From an uncultured virus (IMG/VR IMGVR_UViG_3300012000_002192) (taxonomy: Duplodnaviria; Heunggongvirae; Uroviricota; Caudoviricetes): a stretch of 64,000 nucleotides of DNA. The DNA is taken from positions 1 to 64,000 of IMG/VR virus record IMGVR_UViG_3300012000_002192. One strand, 5' to 3'. The notes beneath the pieces were generated by a model. That model did not search any database, was not told where the DNA came from, and saw nothing but the letters and a program-made list of their open reading frames with translations. Positions 51,023 to 60,518 of this stretch are shown piece by piece. The translations under genes and the position numbers were made by a program. How positions within the stretch are numbered: position 1 is the stretch's first letter; the number at the start of each line of letters is the position of its first letter.

Positions 51023-51770
51023 ATTTATTTTTCATACCATTTTTTGGAACATCTTGATATAAGATTTTTCTCATTTCTTCTTTACTCATATTCTTATAAG
51101 TATTGTGTAGTGTAAGATTTTTTTGATAATCCTGCATATTAGGAGCCGGTCTGTTGTGATGCAGGTGAAAACACCTAAAATCTTGTTGTTTCCATTTTAG
51201 AAAATGTTCTACTTTAATCGAAACAAAATCATCTTCTGCGCCCCATCCTACAAACCTTTCATTCCAACCACCAATTTTGTTAATGGCTTCTTTTCTAAAA
51301 ATACAGATACCTCCACAAATTGGAACTTTTTGATGGTCAGTTTCTCCTCGGCCTGGTCGAGTAATAGCAAATAAGTTTTCTAATGGTAGAGATGATTCGT
51401 CGGGTTGTAGGTCAATTACCGACTTATATGGATTTACCATTTCATATTGTTCTAACATTTTTAGACTTTCAATAAATTCTTGTGGATTCATTATTAAGTC
51501 AGAGTCTGCAAAAACCACAATATTAGATTTTGCCATTTTAGTAGCATAGTTAAATGACCAAGATTTATTATACGGTTGATTTGTTCTAAGAAATAGATGC
51601 CTACATTTTAGATTTAAGTGTGAAATTTTAGAATGTTTATCCTGTTCAACAACGATAATATCAACATTTTGAAAACCATTAATCCAATCAAGAACTCTCC
51701 TTAGATTTTGTAGTCTATCGGGTTGATGGCGATAACCTATGATGTAAGTAAATGAATAGGGACTTGACAT
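51009..51770 (-). CDS. Glycosyltransferase (GT2/GT7 galactosyltransferase-like)
   Basis: VVEQD, YNKSW.FN, FADSD, GGWNERFVGWGAEDD, HLHH. Confidence 0.88.
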   Translation of the reverse strand: MSSPYSFTYIIGYRHQPDRLQNLRRVLDWINGFQNVDIIVVEQDKHSKISHLNLKCRHLFLRTNQPYNKSWSFNYATKMAKSNIVVFADSDLIMNPQEFIESLKMLEQYEMVNPYKSVIDLQPDESSLPLENLFAITRPGRGETDHQKVPICGGICIFRKEAINKIGGWNERFVGWGAEDDFVSIKVEHFLKWKQQDFRCFHLHHNRPAPNMQDYQKNLTLHNTYKNMSKEEMRKILYQDVPKNGMKNKYDVF

Positions 51771-51812
51771 AGAATTTTTTTTATTATTATAGGTAGTGAC
51801 TATAATTTTGTT

Positions 51813-52487
51813 TTAGTTATTATACCTATTTGATAAAACCATCTTTATTTTCTCATGATTTATGTATTCTCCTAGAAAATGAAAAACTTTTTCAATCTCT
51901 TCAATACTAGAGTAGTTTTCATATCTAAATAGCAAACAATTTGAGTTATTCTTTGATATTTCAGTCAAATTTTCTTGAGATTTTATGATATCCAATCTGA
52001 CATTGGCATCTTGTGATATTGATTCTGGCCACCAACCCGACTTTGATAGAGTTTCGATATCTCTGACGGTGAAAATAAAAAAAATATCCGGGAATAATTC
52101 TTTGAGGAAGTTTATATAATTTTGTAAACTGGTGTAATCAGATGGAAATCGAATTTCTTTAAATCCAAAAACCCTACTTTTGTGTGACAAGTACATGTTA
52201 TCAAATAAATTTCTGTAATCTTGTAGAAGTTTTTCTTTGTTATAAAAATTCCACCAACACGGTTTATAATTATCTTCTTTTGTATACTCGCCTTCTTTAG
52301 ACAATTCGGTTCTCACAAACCCTGGTAAGTCACTCCCTGTGCCATACATTGCATAGTACATGAAGAACCAAAAACCACCATTTTCTCCACAAAAAAAACC
52401 ATCGTCTATTGCGCAGTGTAAAATCCTCTGCATCAAAGTAGTTCCACTTCGACCTTTTCCTAAAATAATAACTCTTTTTTTCGACAT
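51813..52487 (-). CDS. Sulfotransferase
   Basis: PAPS 5'-loop GKGRSGTT, FGFKEIR, R....S, RYE; ATG 52487 preferred. Confidence 0.8.
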   Translation of the reverse strand: MSKKRVIILGKGRSGTTLMQRILHCAIDDGFFCGENGGFWFFMYYAMYGTGSDLPGFVRTELSKEGEYTKEDNYKPCWWNFYNKEKLLQDYRNLFDNMYLSHKSRVFGFKEIRFPSDYTSLQNYINFLKELFPDIFFIFTVRDIETLSKSGWWPESISQDANVRLDIIKSQENLTEISKNNSNCLLFRYENYSSIEEIEKVFHFLGEYINHEKIKMVLSNRYNN

Positions 52488-52491
52488 ACCA

Positions 52492-55400
52492 CTAGATATT
52501 ATTTTTAGATTTCCATTGGTCATAAGAAAGTTTTACAACATCTGACCATTTTTCTTTCTTTTCTGTCCAAGAACCTTCAAAAAGATGAACGGCGTAATTG
52601 ATTCTACCACTCGACCTGTCATCTATGACAAATACATCCGGAGTCTCAATCAAGAACTTTTTATCATCGATTGTAAATTCTTTTGTAAATCCACCATTTC
52701 TTATATTTGATGTTTTTAAAATCTCATTTGTCAATATTATTGGACCGGTTCCTATTTCTTTGACAAAAGAAAAGTGGTCATTTAATACTTCATATTTTGG
52801 ATCTATATCAGTATAGAAGTTTAGTATATTTTTAATTTGTTCAAGTCTTGGGCTACACCCTATTAATCCAATATTTATGAAATTTTCATTTTCCCAACTT
52901 GAAAAAAAGTCATATTGAAGAAATGGTGATATATCATCGTTAATAACACAATCTGTGTCTAACCAAACACCTCCCCATTCATATAAAACTTTAGCTCTTA
53001 TATAATCGACGCATATACCATACTTTTTTAATTGATATGATTTTTGTAAAAATTTTGAAGAAGACATATCAAAATTCTCTTCGTTCCAAAACATATAGGT
53101 CCATTCACTTTCTGGTAAGTATTTTTTCCAATTATTAAGAATTTCTGATGAAAATTTCTTATCTCCTATCCAAACATAGTGTATAATTTTAGGAGTCCTT
53201 TTATAAAAGACATCGGTCATAATTATGTCTTTAAGTTCTTTTTTGTTTTCTTCGCTTGACGTTGCTCGAACAAGAAGTGAACTCTGAGTTTCGTGCTTTC
53301 TGTAATTTAAATGCGTGTTAAAACATTTTTTAAAGTCAAATTTTTTTTCAAACATTTTAATCCAAAGAGCCATGTCTTCAAATGCCCAAAGTTTTTCATT
53401 GTACAGACCAGATTCAATAAATGACTGCCTTTTTATAAGAGCTGTGCATACTAATGAATTTCTTCTAAAAGTTGTTAGCTTTGTCCAATCTATTTCTTCG
53501 TTTATCGGATCAGGCCAAGTTCCGTTTTTTGAACCAAAATATTTTGAACCAACATATACAACATCAGCATTTATTTTTGATACTTCTTCTAAAAAGTTTT
53601 CTGGTAAAGTATCATCAGCATCAAGTGGTATAAAATAATCAGAAGTCACTAAACTTACTAATTTATTTCTTGCTTCTGATAGAAACATCTTTTCAGATTC
53701 TATACACTTTATGATAGTTGACTTTTTTTGTAAGATGTTTGATAAATCAATCGACTTTTCATCCATTAGTAATACTACTATCTCACTTGGAACAATTGTT
53801 TGGTTCAAACAGGAATCTACACATTCGATTAGAAATTTAGATTGATTATAACATGGAACTATTATTGAAATTGACTTTTTAGGATTATTACCATTTTCTT
53901 CTAAATTGAAGTTTTCTAAATTCCATTTGCAAATTCTAGCATAATCATCAAATTTTTTGGGATCTCTGATTTCTGAATTTGTGACATTTGATATTACTAT
54001 GTGTGGGAAAAAACTAAAGCAATATTGATTATTGTTTTCTTGTAAATTCGATAAATAATGGTCTATTGGTTTTTCTTCTAACTTAGTTGCTTCTAAAATT
54101 ATGTCATACATGCTTCTGTCAATTGCATAGGCAAAGGTTCCTAAAGTCTTTTTGCAGTTATAAAATCCATCTTTAATTTTTATACCTTTCCAATCAAATT
54201 GAGATGCGCCTAAATAAAGTAATTTCCAAAAAATTTTTTTTATTTGTTTTAATTTTTTTTCAAAATCTTTATCAAAAATTACATCATCTTCAAATATTAA
54301 AATTTTATCATAATTTTTATCTTTAGCATCTAATATTATATTTCTATGACTTCTAAGACAACATAGAGAGTATTTATTTTCTATTTCAGTGGGAATGTAA
54401 ATTTCTTCGTCTGGTAGGTTTTCTCCGTCTATGGCCGAAAACCTCTCTACCGACATATTCCAACTTTGAAATTTTTTAGACATTTCAATCCATCTATCTG
54501 TTCTTCTGTCCAAGTTAAGACAGTATATGTTATCAAAGTAAGAATTTATGCCTGACATAGAAATTTTTTGAAATAATTTACTAAATTCCTCTACTTCAAT
54601 AAACTCGGATGTCAATCTTCCACTCCAGTTTTTGTAAGGGCTTCCTAAGTGAACACACCGGCCTAAGTTGACTCTTTTCTGAAATTTATCTCTAAACTTT
54701 AGGTCGGTCCAAGAGGCATCCCCTGAATCTGTTGGATAAGGAGAATTTCTATCTATGCATTTTGAATCAATATGAAATAACTGAAAAAACCCAAGGCCTC
54801 TTTCATCTGGGTTTATCTGACTGTTTTCAAATTCCACTCCGTTTTTCTGATAACTAAGCCACGTCTGATAATCTTCTAATATCACTCTATCTTTTGTATA
54901 GAGTACATCACATTCTAATTTTGAGACATCTATCGGATTTTTTATTATAATGTCACAGTCTAAAAGTAAGATAAATTCAGGATTATCAAGAGATTTTATT
55001 GCAAATTCCATTGCAGCACCCTTATTAAATTTTGAACCTCCGCGATACATGGCGTCTGTTGTTAAAAATTTGACTCCAAGTTTGTTACAAATTTGTTGAC
55101 AAACTAAATCCTCTTTTGTTGTTATGACCGTGATGTTTTCAAAAAATTGTATGTTTTTAGCAAGAGTTAGTATAAGAAAGTCATTGTAGTCAACAGAAAG
55201 AATAACCACGTCTAATTTGTTGTCTGAAATAGTTGCTGTTCCAAATTGAGAGGTGGTTTTTTCTGGCTCAGTTATTTGGGGCTTAATTTTTTTTGACACA
55301 ATTTTTTTTCTAACCGTGTAGATATTCGCCGGTTTGGACTTATCTCTATTTTTTGAAATCAAATCTGATTTTGTAAATCTAGAAAATATCTCAAATCCAT

Positions 55401-55707
55401 CACCTACTAAAATAAAACTTTTTAATTCTAAGTCTGAAATTTTTTTTAAATCATGATGAAACTTAACAAATGGGTCACTTTTAATTATTGAATTTGCATT
55501 TGAAAAATTATATAACTCCCTGTCAGAAATTTGAGATTTAGTGATAAATGATACCTTTTGAATATTATGGATGTTTTTTATTTCGGTATCTGAGAAAACT
55601 ATAATTTTTGTGATATTTGTATTTAGAGAGTTATGTCTTAAACAATCCCAGAATTCTCCACTATAATTGCTTAAAATATCTTTTTTTATATTTGTTAATA
55701 ATATCAT
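52492..55707 (-). CDS. Multi-domain glycosyltransferase (GT-A + GT25 + GT2 + GT32/DXD)
   Basis: FNKG..LLDCD; IYCLNLDRRTDR..IFEDD; SIIVPCYNQ..LDADD..FED; PKIIHYVW..DYIR..GGVWLDTD. Confidence 0.9.
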   Translation of the reverse strand: MILLTNIKKDILSNYSGEFWDCLRHNSLNTNITKIIVFSDTEIKNIHNIQKVSFITKSQISDRELYNFSNANSIIKSDPFVKFHHDLKKISDLELKSFILVGDGFEIFSRFTKSDLISKNRDKSKPANIYTVRKKIVSKKIKPQITEPEKTTSQFGTATISDNKLDVVILSVDYNDFLILTLAKNIQFFENITVITTKEDLVCQQICNKLGVKFLTTDAMYRGGSKFNKGAAMEFAIKSLDNPEFILLLDCDIIIKNPIDVSKLECDVLYTKDRVILEDYQTWLSYQKNGVEFENSQINPDERGLGFFQLFHIDSKCIDRNSPYPTDSGDASWTDLKFRDKFQKRVNLGRCVHLGSPYKNWSGRLTSEFIEVEEFSKLFQKISMSGINSYFDNIYCLNLDRRTDRWIEMSKKFQSWNMSVERFSAIDGENLPDEEIYIPTEIENKYSLCCLRSHRNIILDAKDKNYDKILIFEDDVIFDKDFEKKLKQIKKIFWKLLYLGASQFDWKGIKIKDGFYNCKKTLGTFAYAIDRSMYDIILEATKLEEKPIDHYLSNLQENNNQYCFSFFPHIVISNVTNSEIRDPKKFDDYARICKWNLENFNLEENGNNPKKSISIIVPCYNQSKFLIECVDSCLNQTIVPSEIVVLLMDEKSIDLSNILQKKSTIIKCIESEKMFLSEARNKLVSLVTSDYFIPLDADDTLPENFLEEVSKINADVVYVGSKYFGSKNGTWPDPINEEIDWTKLTTFRRNSLVCTALIKRQSFIESGLYNEKLWAFEDMALWIKMFEKKFDFKKCFNTHLNYRKHETQSSLLVRATSSEENKKELKDIIMTDVFYKRTPKIIHYVWIGDKKFSSEILNNWKKYLPESEWTYMFWNEENFDMSSSKFLQKSYQLKKYGICVDYIRAKVLYEWGGVWLDTDCVINDDISPFLQYDFFSSWENENFINIGLIGCSPRLEQIKNILNFYTDIDPKYEVLNDHFSFVKEIGTGPIILTNEILKTSNIRNGGFTKEFTIDDKKFLIETPDVFVIDDRSSGRINYAVHLFEGSWTEKKEKWSDVVKLSYDQWKSKNNI

Positions 55708-55742
55708 AAACTATATATAACTAGATATAACACTTATATAAA

Positions 55743-56273
55743 ATGATTAACTTAAAGAAATATAATTACTTTACCGGAGACATTAATTGTGTCGCTCGTG
55801 GTGTTTCTGATATTGTCAATTTCTTTGAATTAGCCGGTCATAATTATTTGGTGCTTACTCCTCCTAGGGTCGATACAGTGAATAAGACTGTGGAACTTTG
55901 CCTCTATCACTATCTAAGTAATAAATTGGAATTTAATAACTTTGATGACTTCAGAGAAAAAATATCAGAGAAATCAAATCTTTTTAGAGTTGATTTGCTA
56001 GTTTTTGATTTTTGGTCACTTAATAGAACTGAACTTTTTCTTTATATTTCAGAAATACAGAAGTTAAATGTCGATTTTATCATTGTGGCCAAAGAATACC
56101 ACTACAAAACTGGAGATGACGTTAATGATTTTCTAATCAGAACAGAGTATAAAGACTTTAATAGAAGCGATATTTGGTTACATGATAAGATAAATGGCAT
56201 ACAATCTACTATCGACTCACTTAGATTGGCCTATATAAGAGATAAAAAAATCGAACACCTTTTTACAAAATAA
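55743..56273 (+). CDS. Hypothetical protein
   Basis: 176 aa; ends IRDKKIEHLF. Confidence 0.65.
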   Translation: MINLKKYNYFTGDINCVARGVSDIVNFFELAGHNYLVLTPPRVDTVNKTVELCLYHYLSNKLEFNNFDDFREKISEKSNLFRVDLLVFDFWSLNRTELFLYISEIQKLNVDFIIVAKEYHYKTGDDVNDFLIRTEYKDFNRSDIWLHDKINGIQSTIDSLRLAYIRDKKIEHLFTK

Positions 56274-56283
56274 AAATCAGAAA

Positions 56284-57039
56284 ATGAATATAAAAGAAAA
56301 ATTTTTACAATTGACTACCAAAACCTATCCCCATGGAACCGAGAGTGAACTTATTTGTCATCTACCAGAGGGTTATTTAGGAGATGGATTTGGAAATTTT
56401 TACATCAAAGTAGGTGAAAACCCCACCACTATGTTTACTTGTCACTTAGATACCGCCTCTGCATTTAACCAACCAGTTAACCATGTTTTTGTGGATAATT
56501 TTATTAAAACTGATGGGTCTTCTATCTTAGGAGCCGATGATAAAGCTGGCATGGTGGTTTTGCTAAATATGATTGAATCTGGTGTTTCTGGTCTTTATTT
56601 CTTTTTTGTTGGTGAAGAACGGGGTTGTATCGGGTCTTCTAAGTTGGCTGAAAATTGGGAAATATTTGATCCAAAAAAAACAATCACAAAATGTGTTTCT
56701 TTTGATAGAAGGGGAACCAGTTCTGTCATCACTGAGCAAATATATGGTCCTTGTTGTTCAATTGAATTTGCAACGGCGCTTAGTCGGATGTTAAATGAAA
56801 AAAATGATAATTTTAATTATAGACCTGATCCAACTGGAATTTATACCGACTCTGCACAATTTACACAATTGATTTTGGAATGCACAAACATATCTGTTGG
56901 ATATTACAACGAGCATTCAGTTTCAGAAAAACAGGATATCAAACACTTAGAACAACTTTGTGATGTAGTTTGCAAAATCGATTGGGAAAGTCTACCGGTG
57001 GTTAGAGTCCAGGTTGCTGGATCTGGCGATTATTATTAA
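56284..57039 (+). CDS. Zn-dependent peptidase (M28/M20 clan)
   Basis: CHLDT, LGADDKAG, GEERG, DRR, YYNEH. Confidence 0.82.
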   Translation: MNIKEKFLQLTTKTYPHGTESELICHLPEGYLGDGFGNFYIKVGENPTTMFTCHLDTASAFNQPVNHVFVDNFIKTDGSSILGADDKAGMVVLLNMIESGVSGLYFFFVGEERGCIGSSKLAENWEIFDPKKTITKCVSFDRRGTSSVITEQIYGPCCSIEFATALSRMLNEKNDNFNYRPDPTGIYTDSAQFTQLILECTNISVGYYNEHSVSEKQDIKHLEQLCDVVCKIDWESLPVVRVQVAGSGDYY

Positions 57040-57178
57040 ACTCTGGTAAACTGTAAATAAACAGGATTTGAGATGTTGTTAACTTATCTATATTCCATCC
57101 CCTTTCTTTACAGATTTTTTTCAAAGATTTTTCTGTTTGCAGAATTTTAAGATTTTTTTTTGTTTTATCTGTTTGCAT
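57002..57178 (-). CDS. Small hypothetical protein (58 aa, not in the ORF track)
   Basis: MQTDKTKKNLKILQTEKSLKKICKERGWNIDKLTTSQILFIYSLPEF..., ATG just after a TATATA element. Confidence 0.55.
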   Translation of the reverse strand: MQTDKTKKNLKILQTEKSLKKICKERGWNIDKLTTSQILFIYSLPEFNNNRQIQQPGL

Positions 57179-57253
57179 ATAGTATATATCTAATAGCTGG
57201 GTTCTTATAAGTTTATAAACCCAACAAACTTTACTTTTTTCTATATAACGGGT

Positions 57254-57595
57254 ATGCTAGACTATAATAAATTAAAAGCTGAAGAGACCATAACCACACA
57301 GAATTTCTCACAGAAAAAATTCAATCATTATGTATTACAGCACAAGATAATGTTACGTTGTTGTTCCTCTTATTTTATGTGGGTACTCACTATGGCTATA
57401 TTCTTAGCTTATCCCTTTATCTTATGCAACTCGGCGTCGATGTATGCATTTTTTATATTCTGTCACTTTATTTTTTGGAAATTTTGGGGAGAAAAGGCTC
57501 ATAAAAAAGATTTTAGTGACTTAGTTTTAGAAGTCGAGATGGTTTTGGAAATTTTAGAGGAGCTAAAAAAAGAAAAATTTCCAAATAGTAAGTAA
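57254..57595 (+). CDS. Membrane protein (2 TM)
   Basis: Two hydrophobic segments. Confidence 0.6.
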   Translation: MLDYNKLKAEETITTQNFSQKKFNHYVLQHKIMLRCCSSYFMWVLTMAIFLAYPFILCNSASMYAFFIFCHFIFWKFWGEKAHKKDFSDLVLEVEMVLEILEELKKEKFPNSK

Positions 57596-57644
57596 TTTTT
57601 TTGAACATTGTAAACAAAATTAAACCAACCTAATAAAATCCGTA

Positions 57645-58463
57645 ATGCCTGAAATTGCCGAATTAAAAATAATGTCTGACTATATTAATCAAAATTGTAT
57701 AGGTAGAACTTTTAATAAATCATTTCATGTCTTAAGGGGAAATAATGCTGAACAATTTACGATATTTTCAGAATTTACAATTATTGCCGAATCATTTGGT
57801 AAAGAGCTAAAAATTAAGTTATGTGGCAAAGAAGGCAGTCAATCAATTTCAGTTTTTATGGGAATGTCTGGGAATTGGTTATTTACACCAACTGTAAATT
57901 GGTCTGAAAGAAAGTTTACTAGATTAAGATTCGATACTACTGATGGGCATTCGCTTCTTTTATATGGTTTGTACATGGGTCCAAAATATAAAATTGGCGG
58001 ATTTACCGGTGTTAAGCGGGGACCTGATCCAACAAAAGAATTTGAACATTTCAAAAATAACATTTTAGAAAATCTAAATAAGACCCTCTTTAATTTACCG
58101 ATTTGTGAGGCGCTACTAAATCAACAATACTTTAACGGAATTGGCAACTATCTAAGATCAACCATAATCTACTATTTAGACTGTAACCCATTCGAAGAAG
58201 CAAGAACTGTTATAAAATCAACTCCGAAAATATTAGATATGTGTAAAGACATACCAATGAAGGCCTATTCTTTAAATGGCGGTCAGTTATCTGATTGGAC
58301 TAATCCATTTGACACTGATTATCATGAGTTTCAAAAATGGGTTTATTATCAAAAGGGAATTTCCTGTAAAGATAAATCCGGAAGGACTTTCTGGTTCAAT
58401 CCAAAATGGCAGCACAGTTGTCCTTATGTCATTAAAAATAAAGTAATGGAATATGAAAAATAA
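57645..58463 (+). CDS. Fpg/Nei DNA glycosylase, NEIL1-like
   Basis: Catalytic MPE start, GKEL, GMSG, H2TH LLNQ..FNGIGNYLR, zincless-finger-like GRTFWF. Confidence 0.9.
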   Translation: MPEIAELKIMSDYINQNCIGRTFNKSFHVLRGNNAEQFTIFSEFTIIAESFGKELKIKLCGKEGSQSISVFMGMSGNWLFTPTVNWSERKFTRLRFDTTDGHSLLLYGLYMGPKYKIGGFTGVKRGPDPTKEFEHFKNNILENLNKTLFNLPICEALLNQQYFNGIGNYLRSTIIYYLDCNPFEEARTVIKSTPKILDMCKDIPMKAYSLNGGQLSDWTNPFDTDYHEFQKWVYYQKGISCKDKSGRTFWFNPKWQHSCPYVIKNKVMEYEK

Positions 58464-59499
58464 TGTCGATAGTCAATATTTTAGACTAATTAAACACATA
58501 CTTGAAAATGGGGTGTTAAAGTCTGATAGAACAGGAACAGGAACATTATCTGTATTTGATTGGACTATGAGATTTGATATGTCTGATGGATTTCCGCTTT
58601 TAACATCAAAAAAAATGTTTATTAAAGGAATCATTCATGAACTAATTTGGTTTTTACGTGGAGACACCAACATTAAATATTTAGTTGACAACGGAGTCAA
58701 TATTTGGACCGGTGATGCCTACAAAAGATATAAAAATTCTTTTGATGCAAATTCTGTCTCTCTTAGTAAAGAAGAGTTTTCTGATAAGATTAAAAATGAC
58801 GATGATTTTTCAAACCAGTGGGGAGACTTGGGGCCCGTTTATGGTAGGCAATGGAGAAAAGTAAAAACTGATAAATTTACTAGTTTTTATAACAAGTGGG
58901 GATATGAAGATGAAAAACCGGTTTATATCGATCAGATTTCTGATTTGATATGGCAATTAAAAAACACGCCGGATTCCAGAAGACTGATGGTTTCTGCTTG
59001 GAACGTGGGTGAATTATCAGATATGTTGCTTCCACCGTGTCATTTTGGATTTCAATGTTATACATCTGAACTAACTCTAGAACAAAGAATTAAATGGTGG
59101 TGTGATTCACTAGGTAAACATATATCATATGGAGATGATTTAAATTTGGAGAAATTGGATGAACTGGGAGTTCCAAAAAGAAAGCTGGACTTAAAATGGT
59201 TCCAGCGTTCGGTGGATACATTTTTAGGTCTACCATTTAATATATCTTCATATGGTTTACTTTTACACCTTTTAGCAAAAGAGGTTAATATGATTGCCGG
59301 GGATTTAATTTTTAATGGCGGAGATTGCCATATCTACCTAAATCACATTGAACAGTGTAAGACTCAGATGAAACAGAAAACTTTCCAACTACCAAAATTG
59401 GAGTTAAGGGGTGCATCAATTTTTGAGTTAACTTACGAAGACATTAAAATTTCCAATTATCAATCATCTGATTCGATAAAGGCTGAATTGTCAAATTAA
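58453..59499 (+). CDS. thyA: Thymidylate synthase
   Basis: DRTGTGT, ELIWFLRG, LGPVYG.QWR, SRR, LPPCH, QRSVD.FLGLPFN, HIY.NH. Confidence 0.96.
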   Translation: MKNNVDSQYFRLIKHILENGVLKSDRTGTGTLSVFDWTMRFDMSDGFPLLTSKKMFIKGIIHELIWFLRGDTNIKYLVDNGVNIWTGDAYKRYKNSFDANSVSLSKEEFSDKIKNDDDFSNQWGDLGPVYGRQWRKVKTDKFTSFYNKWGYEDEKPVYIDQISDLIWQLKNTPDSRRLMVSAWNVGELSDMLLPPCHFGFQCYTSELTLEQRIKWWCDSLGKHISYGDDLNLEKLDELGVPKRKLDLKWFQRSVDTFLGLPFNISSYGLLLHLLAKEVNMIAGDLIFNGGDCHIYLNHIEQCKTQMKQKTFQLPKLELRGASIFELTYEDIKISNYQSSDSIKAELSN

Positions 59500-59515
59500 A
59501 AATAAAAATAAAATT

Positions 59516-60004
59516 ATGAATTTAGTAAAATCAGATTACAGACAACAACTGGTAGATATTATCAGAAAAATTGACACAAACGATATTTCAGACGATGTCG
59601 AAGTTATTGCAACATCCAAAGTAGTTGATGAACAAAAGGTCTATATTTGGATTCGGTTACACCTCAATCAAGAAAACAATAATACCCTACCTGGAGACGA
59701 TGTTGAGATTAAATGGACTCCTTCTGGTGAGACATTGACCACTAAATTTGTTTGTTTTGGAAAGAGTGGTTTAGAAAGAGACCATTTGGGTCAAGTGACT
59801 AATTATAACCCTGATGATGATAGAAGAATTCTTTGCCTTATGGTAGATGAAAACGAGATTAATTTCTCTAACGACATTCCTTTTATAAGAACTCTATTTA
59901 AAACAGGAAGACATTACGACTATCAGTTGGTTAAGAGGGCAGAACTTCTTTTTGTTAATAAAAAAAATCAGCAAGTCTTAGATTATTTTGATTGTGATTT
60001 TTGA
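59516..60004 (+). CDS. Hypothetical protein
   Basis: 162 aa after an A-rich leader. Confidence 0.7.
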   Translation: MNLVKSDYRQQLVDIIRKIDTNDISDDVEVIATSKVVDEQKVYIWIRLHLNQENNNTLPGDDVEIKWTPSGETLTTKFVCFGKSGLERDHLGQVTNYNPDDDRRILCLMVDENEINFSNDIPFIRTLFKTGRHYDYQLVKRAELLFVNKKNQQVLDYFDCDF

Positions 60005-60005
60005 T

Positions 60006-60437
60006 TTACTTTAAGAATTGCTTGTCAAACTCTGTCAGTGAATCCATTCCTTTCTCTAATATTTTATCTAAAATAACATCACAGTTGCACATTTGTAATT
60101 TGAAATTAGTCATTAAATCCTGAATTTTCTGACTAACTGACTGACCAGATTGGTCAAAAAAATCCAAACAAATAGCATTATCGAAAAGAACATCCTGTGA
60201 GTGGTCAACCACTTTTAAAATTTTACAACCAATAGTGTCGACGAGGCTTTCAAAGATTTCGTATTCTAAGTCGCTTACAATCATCATAATTGACTGTTTT
60301 TCGTTGAAGACAAATTCAACAGAATCAACTTTTGAAATAGATACTAATTTCCATCTATCAAAATTTTTAATTTTATTGTTGATTTTGATATCAACCACTT
60401 CTGGTGAATTGTTTAAGAGGACTTCTAAAAATTTCAT
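60006..60437 (-). CDS. Hypothetical protein with DUF6576-like C-terminus
   Basis: DVILDKILEKGMDSLTEFDKQFL. Confidence 0.65.
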   Translation of the reverse strand: MKFLEVLLNNSPEVVDIKINNKIKNFDRWKLVSISKVDSVEFVFNEKQSIMMIVSDLEYEIFESLVDTIGCKILKVVDHSQDVLFDNAICLDFFDQSGQSVSQKIQDLMTNFKLQMCNCDVILDKILEKGMDSLTEFDKQFLK

Positions 60438-60441
60438 ATCA

Positions 60442-60471
60442 CAAATATAATCATTTTTTTTATTAAAACAA
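60442..60471 (-). promoter_or_regulatory. Bacteroidota-type housekeeping promoter
   Basis: TTG-N19-TATATTTG (TAnnTTTG -7 element) 4 nt before ATG 60437. Confidence 0.5.
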
Positions 60472-60518
60472 TAACAATCGTCTAATTTATTTATATAAAA
60501 AATAAAAAATTAATAAAC

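Noticed and set aside
1321..56273. C-terminal RDxxIxxI/L motif in the 1321 and 55743 proteins
   Set aside because: Only two clear instances in the window, too few to claim a system
3608..58463. Eukaryotic or giant-virus origin suggested by GSII and the NEIL1-like gene
   Set aside because: The T4-like tail, terminase and sigma genes, bacterial terminators and ClpS indicate a bacteriophage
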